A DNA stretch of 63,913 bases, counting the filler, from Reticulomyxa filosa (taxonomy: Eukaryota > Protista > Foraminifera), in assembly GCA_000512085.1 (NCBI GenBank). It is 17 parts of 17 records of this genome, joined end to end, with 100 filler letters (N's around TTAATTAATTAA, not from the genome) between each part and the next. Parts side by side here need not be neighbours in the genome. Positions count along the whole stretch, not along the records: positions 10,775 to 13,922 come from ASPP01000396.1; positions 14,023 to 15,966 come from ASPP01037453.1; positions 16,067 to 38,036 come from ASPP01007064.1; 14 more parts are not named here. One strand, written 5' to 3'. Every line of letters begins with the position of its first letter. The stretch's first letter is position 1. Shown piece after piece: positions 12,126-24,330 of this stretch. A program made the position numbers and the translations under genes. Under the pieces are notes generated by a model, which was not told the DNA's origin, did not search any database, and worked only from the letters and a program-made list of their open reading frames with translations.

Positions 12126-13703
12126 CCTTTCTGAATCCCATGAATTTTCTAATTAATACTACTGGCCCATTTGATTCTTGCTGATACCTTTCTAGATATT
12201 GAACCAGTTTTCGTATGGCTAACGCACCTTGAAGTTGCAATTTATTTAATCTTTTATGCTGTCTACATTTAAGCCTAAAGCAGCAAATGTTTTGCTTCTT
12301 TCTTCTATCTTTTGGCTTCCAATGATATGCTAATCTCGTAATTAACATTAGCAATGGCACCAACTCCTAAATTTATGCTTCTTGAAATCTTCATTTCACG
12401 TGTAGGTTCTTGGATTGCCCACACATCTGGTATTAGAAGGCCAATCTTTTCAATCCCTTTCATTTCAACGTCGTCTTCGACAGTTAAATCGATGAAAGCC
12501 GTAGTCATTCTTATAAATAACTTACTGTTACTTATTTGAAGAACTATTAAGCAATTGATTCGGCATTTATACTAATTAATGCATAAAATTGTTGCAGTAT
12601 TTAATAACTTAGAAAAAAACATTTATAAATAAGCAGTACAATATCCTATACTAAAACTGTCCCGTACACGAAATTTCGCATATTACATCTTGTTGGTTAA
12701 CGCCCTTTTTATCAAGCTGTAACAACCACATTTATTTTCCACATACCCATGAAGTCTTTATAGATCATTCCACAATTCCATGGTCTGTACATGCTCAACT
12801 GTTATTAATTATCTTTTATCTAACATTTCTTCCACTTTTCTTGTTACCAATGTTCTTTCTACGTTTATCCAATATTTACTCCAATGTAATAATTATAGTA
12901 TTCATCATTTACGAGTCTACCAACGTATACCGTTGTATTTGTTCTTAGTCCTATTTCCTTACTCTCAGTATCTTCCAAAGCCTTCATTCATAACCATTTG
13001 CTTTGTGCTGTGACTTCTTTGTTACATACTACACTTATGATACTTTCTAGTACTATTCTCTTTTTATCTATCTCTTTAAACATTTGTTTTTGTATTCTTT
13101 GTCTTCTATGTTTGCCAAACCCATTCTGTTTTTCTTTTTTTATCTCATCTGCTAAATATTTATTTCTTTCAAAATCTTCCATTTGCATACTTTCTGACAA
13201 TTCTGTGTCATAGCTTTCCCAAACTTCTATACATTCTTGCTTAATTTTTTTATTTGGGTACGCCTTTATTGCTTCTCTTCCTTCTTCTGTGTAATTGGCT
13301 CAAGCAGCCATTCTCTTTCTTTCTGTGTTATTATTCTATCAAACATGTCTTCATCATTATAATGTTTAATTTTTTCTGCTTCCAGTGGTCCAAATCTCTG
13401 TTCTGTCTCTCCTTCTTCTATTATAATTTCACTTTCTTTGTACTTTTAAGAGGAATTTTCTTTCGATTTTTCTTCCTCAAACTTTTTTTCGGAGTGGATT
13501 TTTGTCAAACTTTTTTTAGAGTGGATTTTTTTGCAGACCGCTCTTCCACATTGTATCGACTCAGTCAGTCCGGATTCTTATAAGCTTTCCTTAAAGTTGT
13601 TTTAGGCTTATAGAATCTATTGATCCTATTTTGAACTAGTTAAAAACTTTTCTGGAGTAGCGCTTTCGTCCTACTGGACTCAAAGCTCCTTTTTTAACTA
13701 GTT
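12109..13703 (-). mobile_element. Degenerate, internally deleted non-LTR retrotransposon (RT remnant + putative restriction-like endonuclease remnant)
   Basis: WLLEPIT/EEGREAIKAYPNKK resembles RT domain 0 and YYIGVNIG resembles RT domain 7. The spacer encodes GLLIPDVW...LGVGAIA...FAALGL...LQLQGALAI, resembling the PD-(D/E)xK RLE tail. Many stops and shifts. Confidence 0.5.
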
Positions 13704-13922
13704 AAAACAAAACAGAACAAACCAAACAATAACCAAAATTTACCATTTGGTATCTTTAACAAGCTTTATACTCTTACACTTTGCAAACAACTTTCATACT
13801 TATTATCTAAAGACTAAACGAAAACGTAAGTTTTGTCCTTACGGTAAAACGCACTATAAGGTAAAACGAAACAAGAAACAAAAAAAAAAAAAAAAAAAAT
13901 CATTTTAATATCATTCATCATG
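12570..13922 (-). repeat. Right arm of ~1.35-kb inverted repeat
   Basis: Reverse complement of 10775-12125. Both contig ends read CATGATGAATGATATTAAAATG inward. Confidence 0.97.
13634..13703 (-). ncRNA. Type I hammerhead-ribozyme-like motif, second (mirror) copy
   Basis: Same motif as 10993-11061; here the distal helix AACTAGTTAAAAA/TTTTTAACTAGTT is a perfect 13 bp. Confidence 0.6.
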
Positions 13923-14022
13923 NNNNNNNNNNNNNNNNNNNNNNNNNNNNNNNNNNNNNNNNNNNNTTAATTAATTAANNNNNNNNNNNNNNNNNNNNNN
14001 NNNNNNNNNNNNNNNNNNNNNN

Positions 14023-14648
14023 TCTCCTTGGATACTAATTTGACGTATTTTTGATTCATTTTCTTTGTCATTCCAAATATCTTGCAATTCAATATTTTGA
14101 GTTTGATTTCCATAGATTAATGAATAATCTAATGAATTTGGCCATTTTCCATTTTCTTCGTTATAATAATCATATTTTTCATTTTCTTCGTTATAATCGT
14201 CATATTTTTCATTTTCTTCATTATAATCATCATATCCTTCATCTTCTTCACTTTTTTCTTTTTCTTGATTGTTGATCATTTTATCTTTTTGTTGCTGGAA
14301 TTGTTGTTGAGTCAAAAGGGCCAATCGAATATAGCAAGTATCAATGGATTGTTCAGGATCATCAAATAATTGAGCCAACTTGTCTTGTGATTGGTAATGT
14401 CGCCTTAATTTTTTTTTCGTTATGTCCAATTCTTCATTTTTATTTTCTTTTTCTGCTTCTGAAGTTTTGTTTGCATAAACCCTTTTCGTTATTTTTTCAT
14501 TTTTTTCCTTTGTTCTTGCAGTTTCATGTACAGGGACCTTTTCGCCTGTTTTTTCATGTTCGTCTTTTGTTTTTCTTTTGTCACTTTCTTTTCCGTCCTT
14601 TCTTGAAGCTTCAGCAGGAGTTTCTTTTTTTTCTGCTTGATTGCCCAT
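14023..14648 (-). CDS. N-terminus of a putative NACHT/STAND NTPase (truncated at the start of Walker A)
   Basis: LRRHYQSQDKL..LF..SIDTCYIRLALL..IELQDIW..IRQISIQGE follows the pre-P-loop pattern of NACHT proteins. The contig ends before GKS/T. Confidence 0.6.
14151..14240. repeat. 30-bp coding tandem repeat x3 (YDDYNEENEK)
   Basis: ATTTTCTTCRTTATAATNNTCATATYYTTC repeated three times. Confidence 0.9.
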
Positions 14649-16219
14649 GATTTAACTTTTTCCACTTTATTGTTTTGAAAAAATTAGGAGGAAGGGACGC
14701 TTCAAGTTTTTTAGAGTTTTTGTTACGCTTGTAGAGTTTTTTTTGCCAAGTGGATTATTTGTACAATTTCAATGTATCTCAAAGTTTTTCTGTTAAATAA
14801 AAATATTGACAAGTATCACATTTTTTTTGAATTATAAATAAAATACTCCAATTTGTCACTCCTTTGAAAGAAAGAAAAAACTGAATTGTATCAAGACAGT
14901 TGTATTTGTTAGGACCTTCCTCTAGTTGATGCAAAATTTTTTTTTTTTTGTATGATATGGAAATCTTCGTATCGTGCTTATTTCTTCAATACAGTTTCAA
15001 TGCAGAGTCTAGTAAATGTGTGCTGAGAACAGACTCCATTTCAATTGCAGTTTTGTGACAATTGGATGGTTGCGATTTTGTATGGATGTATCTGTTTGAT
15101 TGTAAGTGACTGACACAAGAAGTTTGTAAAGAAATTACTACATGCCAACGATGACATACAATCACACAAAAGTTGTAAAAAAAGAAAAAGATATGCGCGC
15201 ATATGAAAAAACAAAATTATAAAAGCGTGCACAAGAATGAACCACCTCCATACAAAAACAATGACGATAGCATCAAACACAACATAAATGCAATGAAAAT
15301 ACTCAGTAGTAATGTAGTGGACAATTTTAATGGAAATGATAACAAAAAAATTTTATCCATTCAAAAGATTTGGATAAAATATCTTTGCCATTGAAATCAT
15401 TGCTTGCAAACACATATCGGCATCTTTATCTTCTTTTAATGAAACGAATGGAACATTTGTTTCTGGTCCATAAACATAAATGCGCAGATTCCTTCCACCC
15501 CGATGTTTGTATACACTATGTTTTGATAATATCTGCATCTTCGATTAACTCTTGAAATATTTGCACTTTTTCATTTCTGGAATTTGTTGAAATGGCTCTT
15601 TTTTTCTCCAACAATTGTGCAAATCCCTAATGGAATACCACACCGGGTTTTTTATGCACGCCTCAATCACTTTCTTTACACAATTGAACACGTTTTCAGT
15701 TGAATTGCTCAAGAGCCACTCTAAGAATAAACAATTATACATTTAAAATAATGCACTCCAAAAAAAAAAAACACACACACGCACATACACATATACACAT
15801 TTTACAATAAACAAAGAAATAAAGTATATGTAACTGAATGCATTCTTCAGTGCTTGCATTGCACTTCTCGAAAGTGGGATTGTTTGATTTTTCGTCTATC
15901 CAAATCCAAAACAAACAAATAAACAAAACATATTCAATTGCATATTACGATTTCACATTACGATTTNNNNNNNNNNNNNNNNNNNNNNNNNNNNNNNNNN
16001 NNNNNNNNNNTTAATTAATTAANNNNNNNNNNNNNNNNNNNNNNNNNNNNNNNNNNNNNNNNNNNNTCGTATTACATTTAGTACACCTCTTCCAGCTGAC
16101 GTCCCACAATACAAGATATCAACCTTGATATCTGGTACTTGGCAATATAAAAAAGTCAATTTCAATAAGTTTAGCTTGCTCAAAATTTTTGTTTTAAAAA
16201 AAACTAAAAAACAGAAAAC

Positions 16220-19200
16220 ATGCTGAACATCAAAAAGGGTTTTTGGGTGAAGAAGATGTTTTCAAATTTTGTTGGCAAGATAAGCAGCGCTTTGACAAGC
16301 GCAACTACAACAGATTTTCCCTTTGTCCTGGGGGATGAAGTGATTGAATGGAAAAAGGCAAAAGATTGTGGTTTAATATGGCGTATGTTGGAAGCAACCC
16401 GAAGTGTATGTAAAACGAAAAGTTGCCTTCCTCCCCCCCCCTTGTCTGTCTTAAAAAAACAAAAAAAGGGGAGCAAATCCAAAAGGGATAAAAGAAACAA
16501 GTAAACAAACATAAGACATTAAAATAAAAAAGAGCGACAAAGAAATTGTGAGTGTATTTGAAGTAAACAAGAAAGCGAGTGTGGCATTTCGAACGGACGC
16601 AGCAAAAAACGGGTTACAAAAATTGAAAACGATTCGACACCCGAACATATTGAAATGTGAAGGCTCGCATGAGACCGAAGAAAAAATCTATTTAGTGACC
16701 GAGCATGTGTTGCCATTGGCAGCATCAATTGACAAAATTGGCAAAAGTTGTGTGATCAATGAAGCATTTAATGCATTGGGATTATATCAACTGGCGGTTG
16801 AGTAAAAATATGTTGTGTCTTCGAAACTTGTATGTACGTTTGCCATCAATGAATAAAAAAGAGTAAATAATTTGGTGTGACTAATGTCATATGATGGTAT
16901 ATGCTCATATTACACATATACATATATATATAAATATAAATATATATATAAATATAAATATATATATGTATATGTATACATAGACGGCATTATCATTCGT
17001 GCACAATGACTTGGGGATGATCCATGGCCAAGTATCACCTAGCAGCATTTTTGTGACGAAAGCGGGGGATTGGAAATTGGGAGGGTTTGAACTAGCCCAT
17101 GCGTATGGGACAGCCCCGGATTACTTGGTCGGAAACTTCGATTTATTGCCGAGTCGCTACAAGCCGAAAGAGCTCGCCGCTAATAATGGGAGTTTGGAGG
17201 TTCTTTCCAAAAACCCGATCCACAGCTTAGACTCGTGGTGTCTCGGCTGCGTCATTTACGAAACCTTCAATGGGAGATTCGAAAAGCCTCAAGAGCTGTC
17301 CAAGCTGAATAATATCCCAAAAGAGCTACAACAGCATTACAAGAGATTATTGGCCACACAAGTTACGGATGAATGAGTGACTGACTGAGTGCGTGCGTGA
17401 GTAATCATATTGTTCATTTTTTATGTAACACTCTGTCTTAAAAAAATATATATATATACATATATGTACATATATATAATACAAATGAAAGGCACAATTG
17501 CGTTTGACAACAAAAAGTCTTTTGTCGTCGCCGTTTTTTGAACACCCGTTGGTTCGAACAGTGACATTTTTGGACGAAATTGCGCTGAAGTCTGACAAGG
17601 AAAAGGCTGGGTTTTACAAGAGCTTGGACCAAGACATTGAGTCATTTCCGATAGAGCGGTGCAAATACCGCATCCTGCCTGCTCTCAGCCACGTGCTGGA
17701 ACACGGCTCGGGATCGAACCCGGTCATATTGTCTTGCGTCTTAAAAATCTCGAAAATGCTGACACAAGAAGAGTCCGAAAAGATGGTCAAGCCCGTTCTC
17801 ATCAACTTGTTCAAAAACAATGAAAGGGGCATCCGTATCAATCTGTTGAAAAACTTGGACAAGTTCGTTGATTGTTTGGATAGCAAGACTATTTCCAAAG
17901 ATATTTTCCCTTGTGTTATTAATGGTTTTACGGATCAATCACCAGTTTTAAGGTATAATAAATAAATAAATATTTATTTATTTATTTTTATTTGACAAAT
18001 AATTTTAAGATTAATATTTTTTTTTTTTTTTAAATGTATGCTGGAATGACCTAATTCTCTAATGAAGAGAATGCTCCGTTCGATCAGTGCTACACTTTGC
18101 GTCGAAATTGGACACGAAGACGCTGCATGAAGTGTTGATGCCGGTGCTGGTGAAGCTGCAAGCGCAAGACACGGAGCCGGCGATTCGCACGAACACCACA
18201 ATTGTATTCGGGAAGATAGCGTCGTACTTGGAAATATCAAAGATGGAGGTGGTGTTGGTGAAGGCGTTTGCCAGAGCGCTGCAAGACGCATTCACGCCAG
18301 CCAGAAATGCGGCGCTGAATGCGCTGAATGCCACAATGGGCTTGTACTCACCCGTCGTGTTGTCCAAGCACGTTTTGCCAATGATCTGCACGTGCACCAC
18401 AGACCCGTACAAGAGCGTGCGCGACCAATCGTTCAAATGTTTGGAGCTGGGACTGCAAAGACTGCAACAATATGCGCTTACGTTGCCGGAAAAGCCCCAG
18501 CAAGAAGGTTCTGTCGGGGACCCCACTTCGTCACAGACCGCCGGCTCGTCGGGCACTCACGCAAGAAGTACAGCCGATTCGAACGCGGACCAAAATGCCA
18601 CTACTACTGCTGCTGCCGCCGTCGCTGTCGGCACTGCACTGACCTCGGTTGGCACTTGGGCTGCGGCCGCTGTTTCCAACAAACTGAAAATGCCCGATGC
18701 TAACCAAGATAACAATGCCAATGATAATCACGGAGGCGGAAGCAATCACATTGGCGAATTGAGATCCAAACCTACCTATAAACCGACCCAAGAGAAGGCT
18801 AGTAACAAATCCATGTCCGCGTCTTCTTCCAATTTGGACAAAAATGCTTTGAGACTCCAACACAGAACTAAAGACAGTGACACTGATCTTGCAGGTGTTC
18901 TTTGTTGATTCATTGTCCATCCATTCGACTACCAATAGAATACATATGCATACATACATAAGTCTATGTTTGAATATTGATGTCGTTTTTTTAAATAATA
19001 TACACAAAATGGACCATGACAGAAATTACAACAACAACTGCTTCTACCATTGATCCTTTGGATGCATTCGATAATTTCAATGATCAAAACAAATCAAAGA
19101 CACAAGAACCTGAAGATGATTTGGACACATTTTTGTCCACAAAACCTGCAAAGCAAACTAAAATACGTTCAGACCCCTTTTATGTACCTTTTTTTATTAT

Positions 19201-19601
19201 TATTATTGATGGCTTGATTGTTTCATTGAATCTTATTCTTATCCTCAAACTCACATCACAAACATAGGCAAAACTCCAGGGAAAAAAAAAAAACGACAAG
19301 CGCATCGTCGTTTGAAAATTTAGATGATAGCACTTTTGATGTGATGGGAAGCATCACTACAAGCAACGATTTGAACAATGAAACAGCTATCAATAGTACC
19401 AACAACACTTTGGATGACTTTTTTGCGGATACAGGAAAAAGCATTGCCACTGAAAAAGTTAAACAATCCAACATTGCCAGCGCTTTGAAAACAAAAATAG
19501 ATATGAAAACTGACTCCACGGCAACAGACAAAAGCAAAAAAACCACATATGGAGCTTCCAACACAACATCCAATTTCGACAGTGATTTTGATAATTGGTA
19601 G
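16220..19601 (+). CDS. SCYL1: SCY1-like pseudokinase with HEAT repeats, multi-exon
   Basis: LKTIRHPNIL, IYLVTE, IHGQVSPSSIFVTKAGDWKLGGFE, IRINLL, GFTDQSPVLRE, EPAIRTNTTIVFGKIA, RALQDAFTPARNA, DPYKSVRDQ; acidic tail ending DFDNW. Confidence 0.93.
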
Positions 19602-19979
19602 GGAAGCCATACCTTGATTCTATTTTGCTTTTTTTTTTTACATTTATTCTTGATTTTTGGAGGCTTTGTACGACAAAATTTAAAGTGTGACAATAGTAAA
19701 AAAAAAGTGGTGACCTAACAAATTTTTCTATTTTTTTTCCTCCTTTCTTCTCATGTTTCTTCCTTTCAAAGGTCGTTTCGAATTTAATGAAAGACATTTT
19801 TTTCCCCTGAAATATACTTTTTTTCTTTCCTCCTTTTCCCTATCCACTATCTTTGCCCCTCTAAAAGGGCAAATAAAAAGAATATAAAATAAAAAATAAG
19901 AGCTGAAATTAAAATCCAAAAACAGGACAAAGCTGCCAGTTTAGTAAAAACATGTGCTTACAAACAAGCTAAAAGCAAG

Positions 19980-20846
19980 TCAAAGCTTAGCGTCGACTGC
20001 CTTGAGATTGTTCTGAACGAAATCCCAATTAACACAGTCCCACCACACAGTAACATAAGCACCCCTGTCATTTCTATGATCGATGTAGTAGGCATGTTCC
20101 CACACATCGATAGTAAGCAGTGGAGTGAACCCTTCTCTCAGCGGGTTGACTGCATCATGGCCATCAATAATCACTAACTTATTCTTTTTTACGTCTTTCG
20201 CTAACCATACCCTTTTTTTTTTGAATGAGTAAATATCAATCCGAGTGAAAAGGGGCAATAACAACAAAAAAAAAGTGAACTTACCAACCCGATCCAAAAT
20301 GATTTACTGCGCGATCGGTGAATGTTTTCTTAAAATCGTTGAAAGAGCCAAAGTCTTTTTCTATGGCTGTCAAAAGGGCTCCGGTTGGCTTGCCGCCACC
20401 TTTTGGGCACAGTCTTTGCAAATGTTTTATAATAATGACAAGGACAACAAAACAATGCGATTGAAAATGAACAAAACAAACACAAAACAATAAAAAAAAA
20501 TAACGTAACCCGTTCCAATAAAACGTGTGATTCCAAATTTGGCCAGCCAAATTAAGAACTCCACCCTTTTTTTATTTTTTTTGATTAGTTTCGAATTCAG
20601 CTTTTTTTTATTATTATTTGCTTTTTGTGTTGTATTAACTGAAGCGTTGCAAATCAAGTATTCCAATGTTGAATTGGCTATCTTGCTGTCTTTCGCAGCA
20701 AACTCATTCAGCTTGCGCACGTAACCCAGATGATGTTTGCCGTAATGATACTCAATTGTTTCTACAGATATCCCCTTCTTTGCCAAGGCATCTTTTGCCC
20801 AAGGCAACGACGGAGCTGCAAAAGCAGGCTTAGTTGAACTTGCCAT
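19980..20846 (-). CDS. Iron superoxide dismutase, 4 exons
   Basis: HYGKHH, AGQIWNHTFYW (Fe-type Gln), FGSGW/VWL, DVWEHAYY. Confidence 0.95.
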
Positions 20847-21267
20847 TAATTGCTCTTTTATTACGAGAAAAACCTTCACCAGAAAAACTCAACAGAACTG
20901 CTCGCAAGAGAGCTTGTTGAAAACTTCAGCCAAAACAACCAAAAAAAATATGCATACATAACGTATATTTTTTACAACACGAGCAATTGGATTACTTGTT
21001 ATAAAATTAAGTAAAAGACAGTTTTTTATTTAGTTCTTGATAATCAAATATACTAATTATTTTGATAGTACTATAAAATTGGATTTTGATTTGTAACACT
21101 TTTCTTTGTAGCGTGTCAAGATTTATCTGCTGTTTAAGTTGTGGATACACAACTATTTGCTATTTGTAGTCAATCTCATTGATGACACAAGTAGATCGTG
21201 AAACAATAAATCGACAAGAAAAAGCTCAAAGGTGCAAACCAAAGATCTGAAACATCAAGCTTTTTAG

Positions 21268-22303
21268 ATGTTGGATTTTTTTCTCGGCTATCTAAGTTAT
21301 ATCATTGGAGGTCTTGTAATTATACTATGCTTTGTAAAGGCTGTATTGGATCCAAAAAATAAGGATCGGGAAGAAGACGCCTTGGAGATGAGAAATTTTG
21401 ACCACTTAAGAACTACTTCAAATACAAGCTCATCAATATCAATTCAATCGGATAAATACGAATGGACAAAAGAGGAGGCATCCTTGCGTACAGAACTGAT
21501 CGCGAAAGCGTTGGAAGTGATTTCGAATAACGTGAGATCGAAGCCCACGAATATCACCATAAATACAACATCAAGCGCAAATGCAAATAGCAATGCGCAT
21601 TCAACAGACAACAAATCGCAAAGCAGCCACGGAACACCATCGAAAATTCGGGACGATATTTATTTGGGCGATCATCACAGTGCCTCCAATGTAAACACAT
21701 ATCAAAATCTCGGAGTCACCCACGTAGTAAATTGCGCAGGGGGCGAATACAAAAAAAAGTACCCTTCTCACGTGCAAGTACTTTGCGTTAATGCCGAAGA
21801 CAATACTAAGTTAATTCTTTTTTTTTTAAATCTCACACTCTGTTATTTCTTTTGAGCACGCAAACAAATATGCACATTTAGATATACGTATATATGTATA
21901 TTATACACAAAATATAAGTTTTGTTATGATTGTGATTTTTTGCTACTCTGATCTCTTTTTGTATCTTTTCCTTGTCTCCAGTTATAATATAATCGAGACA
22001 CACCTAGGAGATGTCATTACGTTTGTGCACCATGCATTGTCAAATAAAAAAGCAAATAACAAAGTACTATTTCATTGTTTGGCTGGCATTAATCGGTCAG
22101 CTGCTTTGTGCGTTGCGTATCTATTGAACGAAAAATATCAAACACAAACGCACACGACTTCCTCTTTTTCCCCCTATCTACTTGACGTTGTTCATTTGGT
22201 TTCAATCCAACGGCCTATTGGTATACTCAGCAACCTTGCCTTTGTCCAACAACTGGGATCCTATCAAATTAAGTGTCTGAGGAAAACTACTCATTCTTCC
22301 TGA
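21268..22303 (+). CDS. Dual-specificity phosphatase with N-terminal membrane anchor, 2 exons
   Basis: IYLGD, GVTHVVNCA, VLFHCLAGINRSAALCVAYL, N..FVQQL; hydrophobic residues 1-25. Confidence 0.9.
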
Positions 22304-22633
22304 CCTGTTTGTCTCTGTCTACTTTTTTCTTTTTTATGTATCATTTTCGTGACTCTCTTTCATCTTCAGCATGTTTTGCTTAGCTTTCTTTTTTTTTTTT
22401 CTTGAAATACAAAGAGTCAGTTGCAGATGTTGGGAGATCACTTTTTTTTTTTGAGAGTTTTCAAATCTCACGAGTATTAAAACTTAAAAAAAATCATTTT
22501 TTCCTTTTAGAATCTGTCCGTAAATTAATTAAGTTGACGCTGGCTTCGCTCATGACACCAGAGCGTGTGAACAACTAAAAAGGAGAGGTTCTTTGAAAAA
22601 GTTTTTTGTATTCTTTTACAACATCATTCAGAC

Positions 22634-23601
22634 ATGGTTTCGTCCACCCCTCAGGGGACGGTCCTGGTGTTTTGTTTTATATTATGTTCCCTATTTTTCG
22701 CGTTTTATTTTGCGAATGTCGGGATATATACGCACCCAGGGCTCGTGCAAGCAATAAAGAAAGGATACCCTCCCATACTTCCCCCTTTGGAAGATCCAGG
22801 ATCGGAAGTAAAAATGGACGACATATTGTGGCAATGGACCCTACCAACATTGTTTTACTGGATTACATCGTTTGTATTTTGTTACTGGACATTTATTGTG
22901 ACCGAAATAATTGTTTGGATTTATACAAAATCTATGTTCCATTGCGAGTGACACCTACTCCCAAAGTAAATTGGAGTTTGTACCAAGAAGCGGCAATACT
23001 AGCCTATAAAAATACGTGGCTCTCGCTTGCGTTGCAATACATGGTGTTTCAGCGTTTGATCGTGATGCGAGGAGGGGATATACGTATGAAAAAATGGACG
23101 TTTGGAGAAACAAGCATTGACATTCTATGGTTTGTACTGAAAATCCCATGTATCGTATGGCTGACGGATATCGTATTTTATGTTGGACATCGAGCGTTTC
23201 ATTTGAACCCATGGCTGTATAGGAACTGTCACAAGATTCATCACCGATGGGTAGAAACGTATGGATGCGTTGCCACGGCCGCACACCCTTTGGAGCAATG
23301 GTTTGTCAATCTGCACACAGTGCAATTGCCAACGCTTTTGATGAATGTTCCTTTTCATGTGCATACCGCATTCATTTGCTATGCGTCGTTTTATACGGTT
23401 TGTGATCATAGTGGTTATTGGTGGATTGGCCGGATTACACAGTCGGGAATTACTCATGACTTTCATCACCACTTTCAAAATGTCGAGTTTGGTATTAACT
23501 CTTGGTGCGATCGCTTATTTCGTACAAGAATGCAAGACAAATATCCTTCCCACTGGCAAGACTTTAAGCAACATATTGACCCCCCCAAAAAAATCAACTA
23601 A
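22634..23601 (+). CDS. Sterol desaturase / fatty-acid hydroxylase family (ERG25-like); one apparent frameshift near 22877
   Basis: His boxes HRAFH, HKIHH, HDFHH plus AHPLE and DHSGY. The N-terminal part is in ORF 22634-22951. Confidence 0.88.
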
Positions 23602-24330
23602 TTTTGTAAAGTATTTCTATAACTGCCAGACAAAAAAAATCTACATTAGCATATTACATAAAATTTTTTGTAATAAATACTACTGTTACATCAATGTAAA
23701 CTAAGAATACTAAACTTTTTTGAAATATTACATACAGCAAATTTTATTGTAATTTCAATTTTAAATAACTTTCAAAACAATTAAAAAAGCTTGTATTTAA
23801 AATTAATCACAAAAAAGTACTCGAACCGAAATGTAAAACAAACTTTCAACGCAAAAAAAACAAAAAACGAAACAAAAATATAAAAAGCAGTAAAAAAAGT
23901 CAGAGATATCAGGAGGCACTTACATGCCGCCACTTTTCTTTTAATTTTTTACTTTAATAAAATTTTTAAACATAGTTAAAAAAATCACAAATGATGAATG
24001 CCGAAAATGTGTTTTGAATAAAGTGGATATTTGTGATAAACTTTGTAATTTTGATAGATAAAATGAAAATTAAGCTATTTTCAGAACGTGTTACCGTGAA
24101 ATGAATGTAGCTTTTTTTTATTATTTAAAAGTTACTAAAAAAGATGGAAAAAGATGTATAATGATTGATAGTTCTATGTTCAAAGAATTTATACCGCTAA
24201 TATATTTTATGATCTGATTTTGTTTGTAATTCATTAAAAGAGGCCGAAATTTTGTTGATTTGCGCGTTATCAGTTTTTGTGAAAGTGTTTAGCGAGGGTA
24301 CAATTTTGCGTTAAGTCTGGTTAAAAAAAA

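Noticed and set aside
16900-16985. (TA)n/(TACA)n tracts here and at ~25150, ~27850, ~28650, ~30140
   Set aside because: Ordinary intronic microsatellites.
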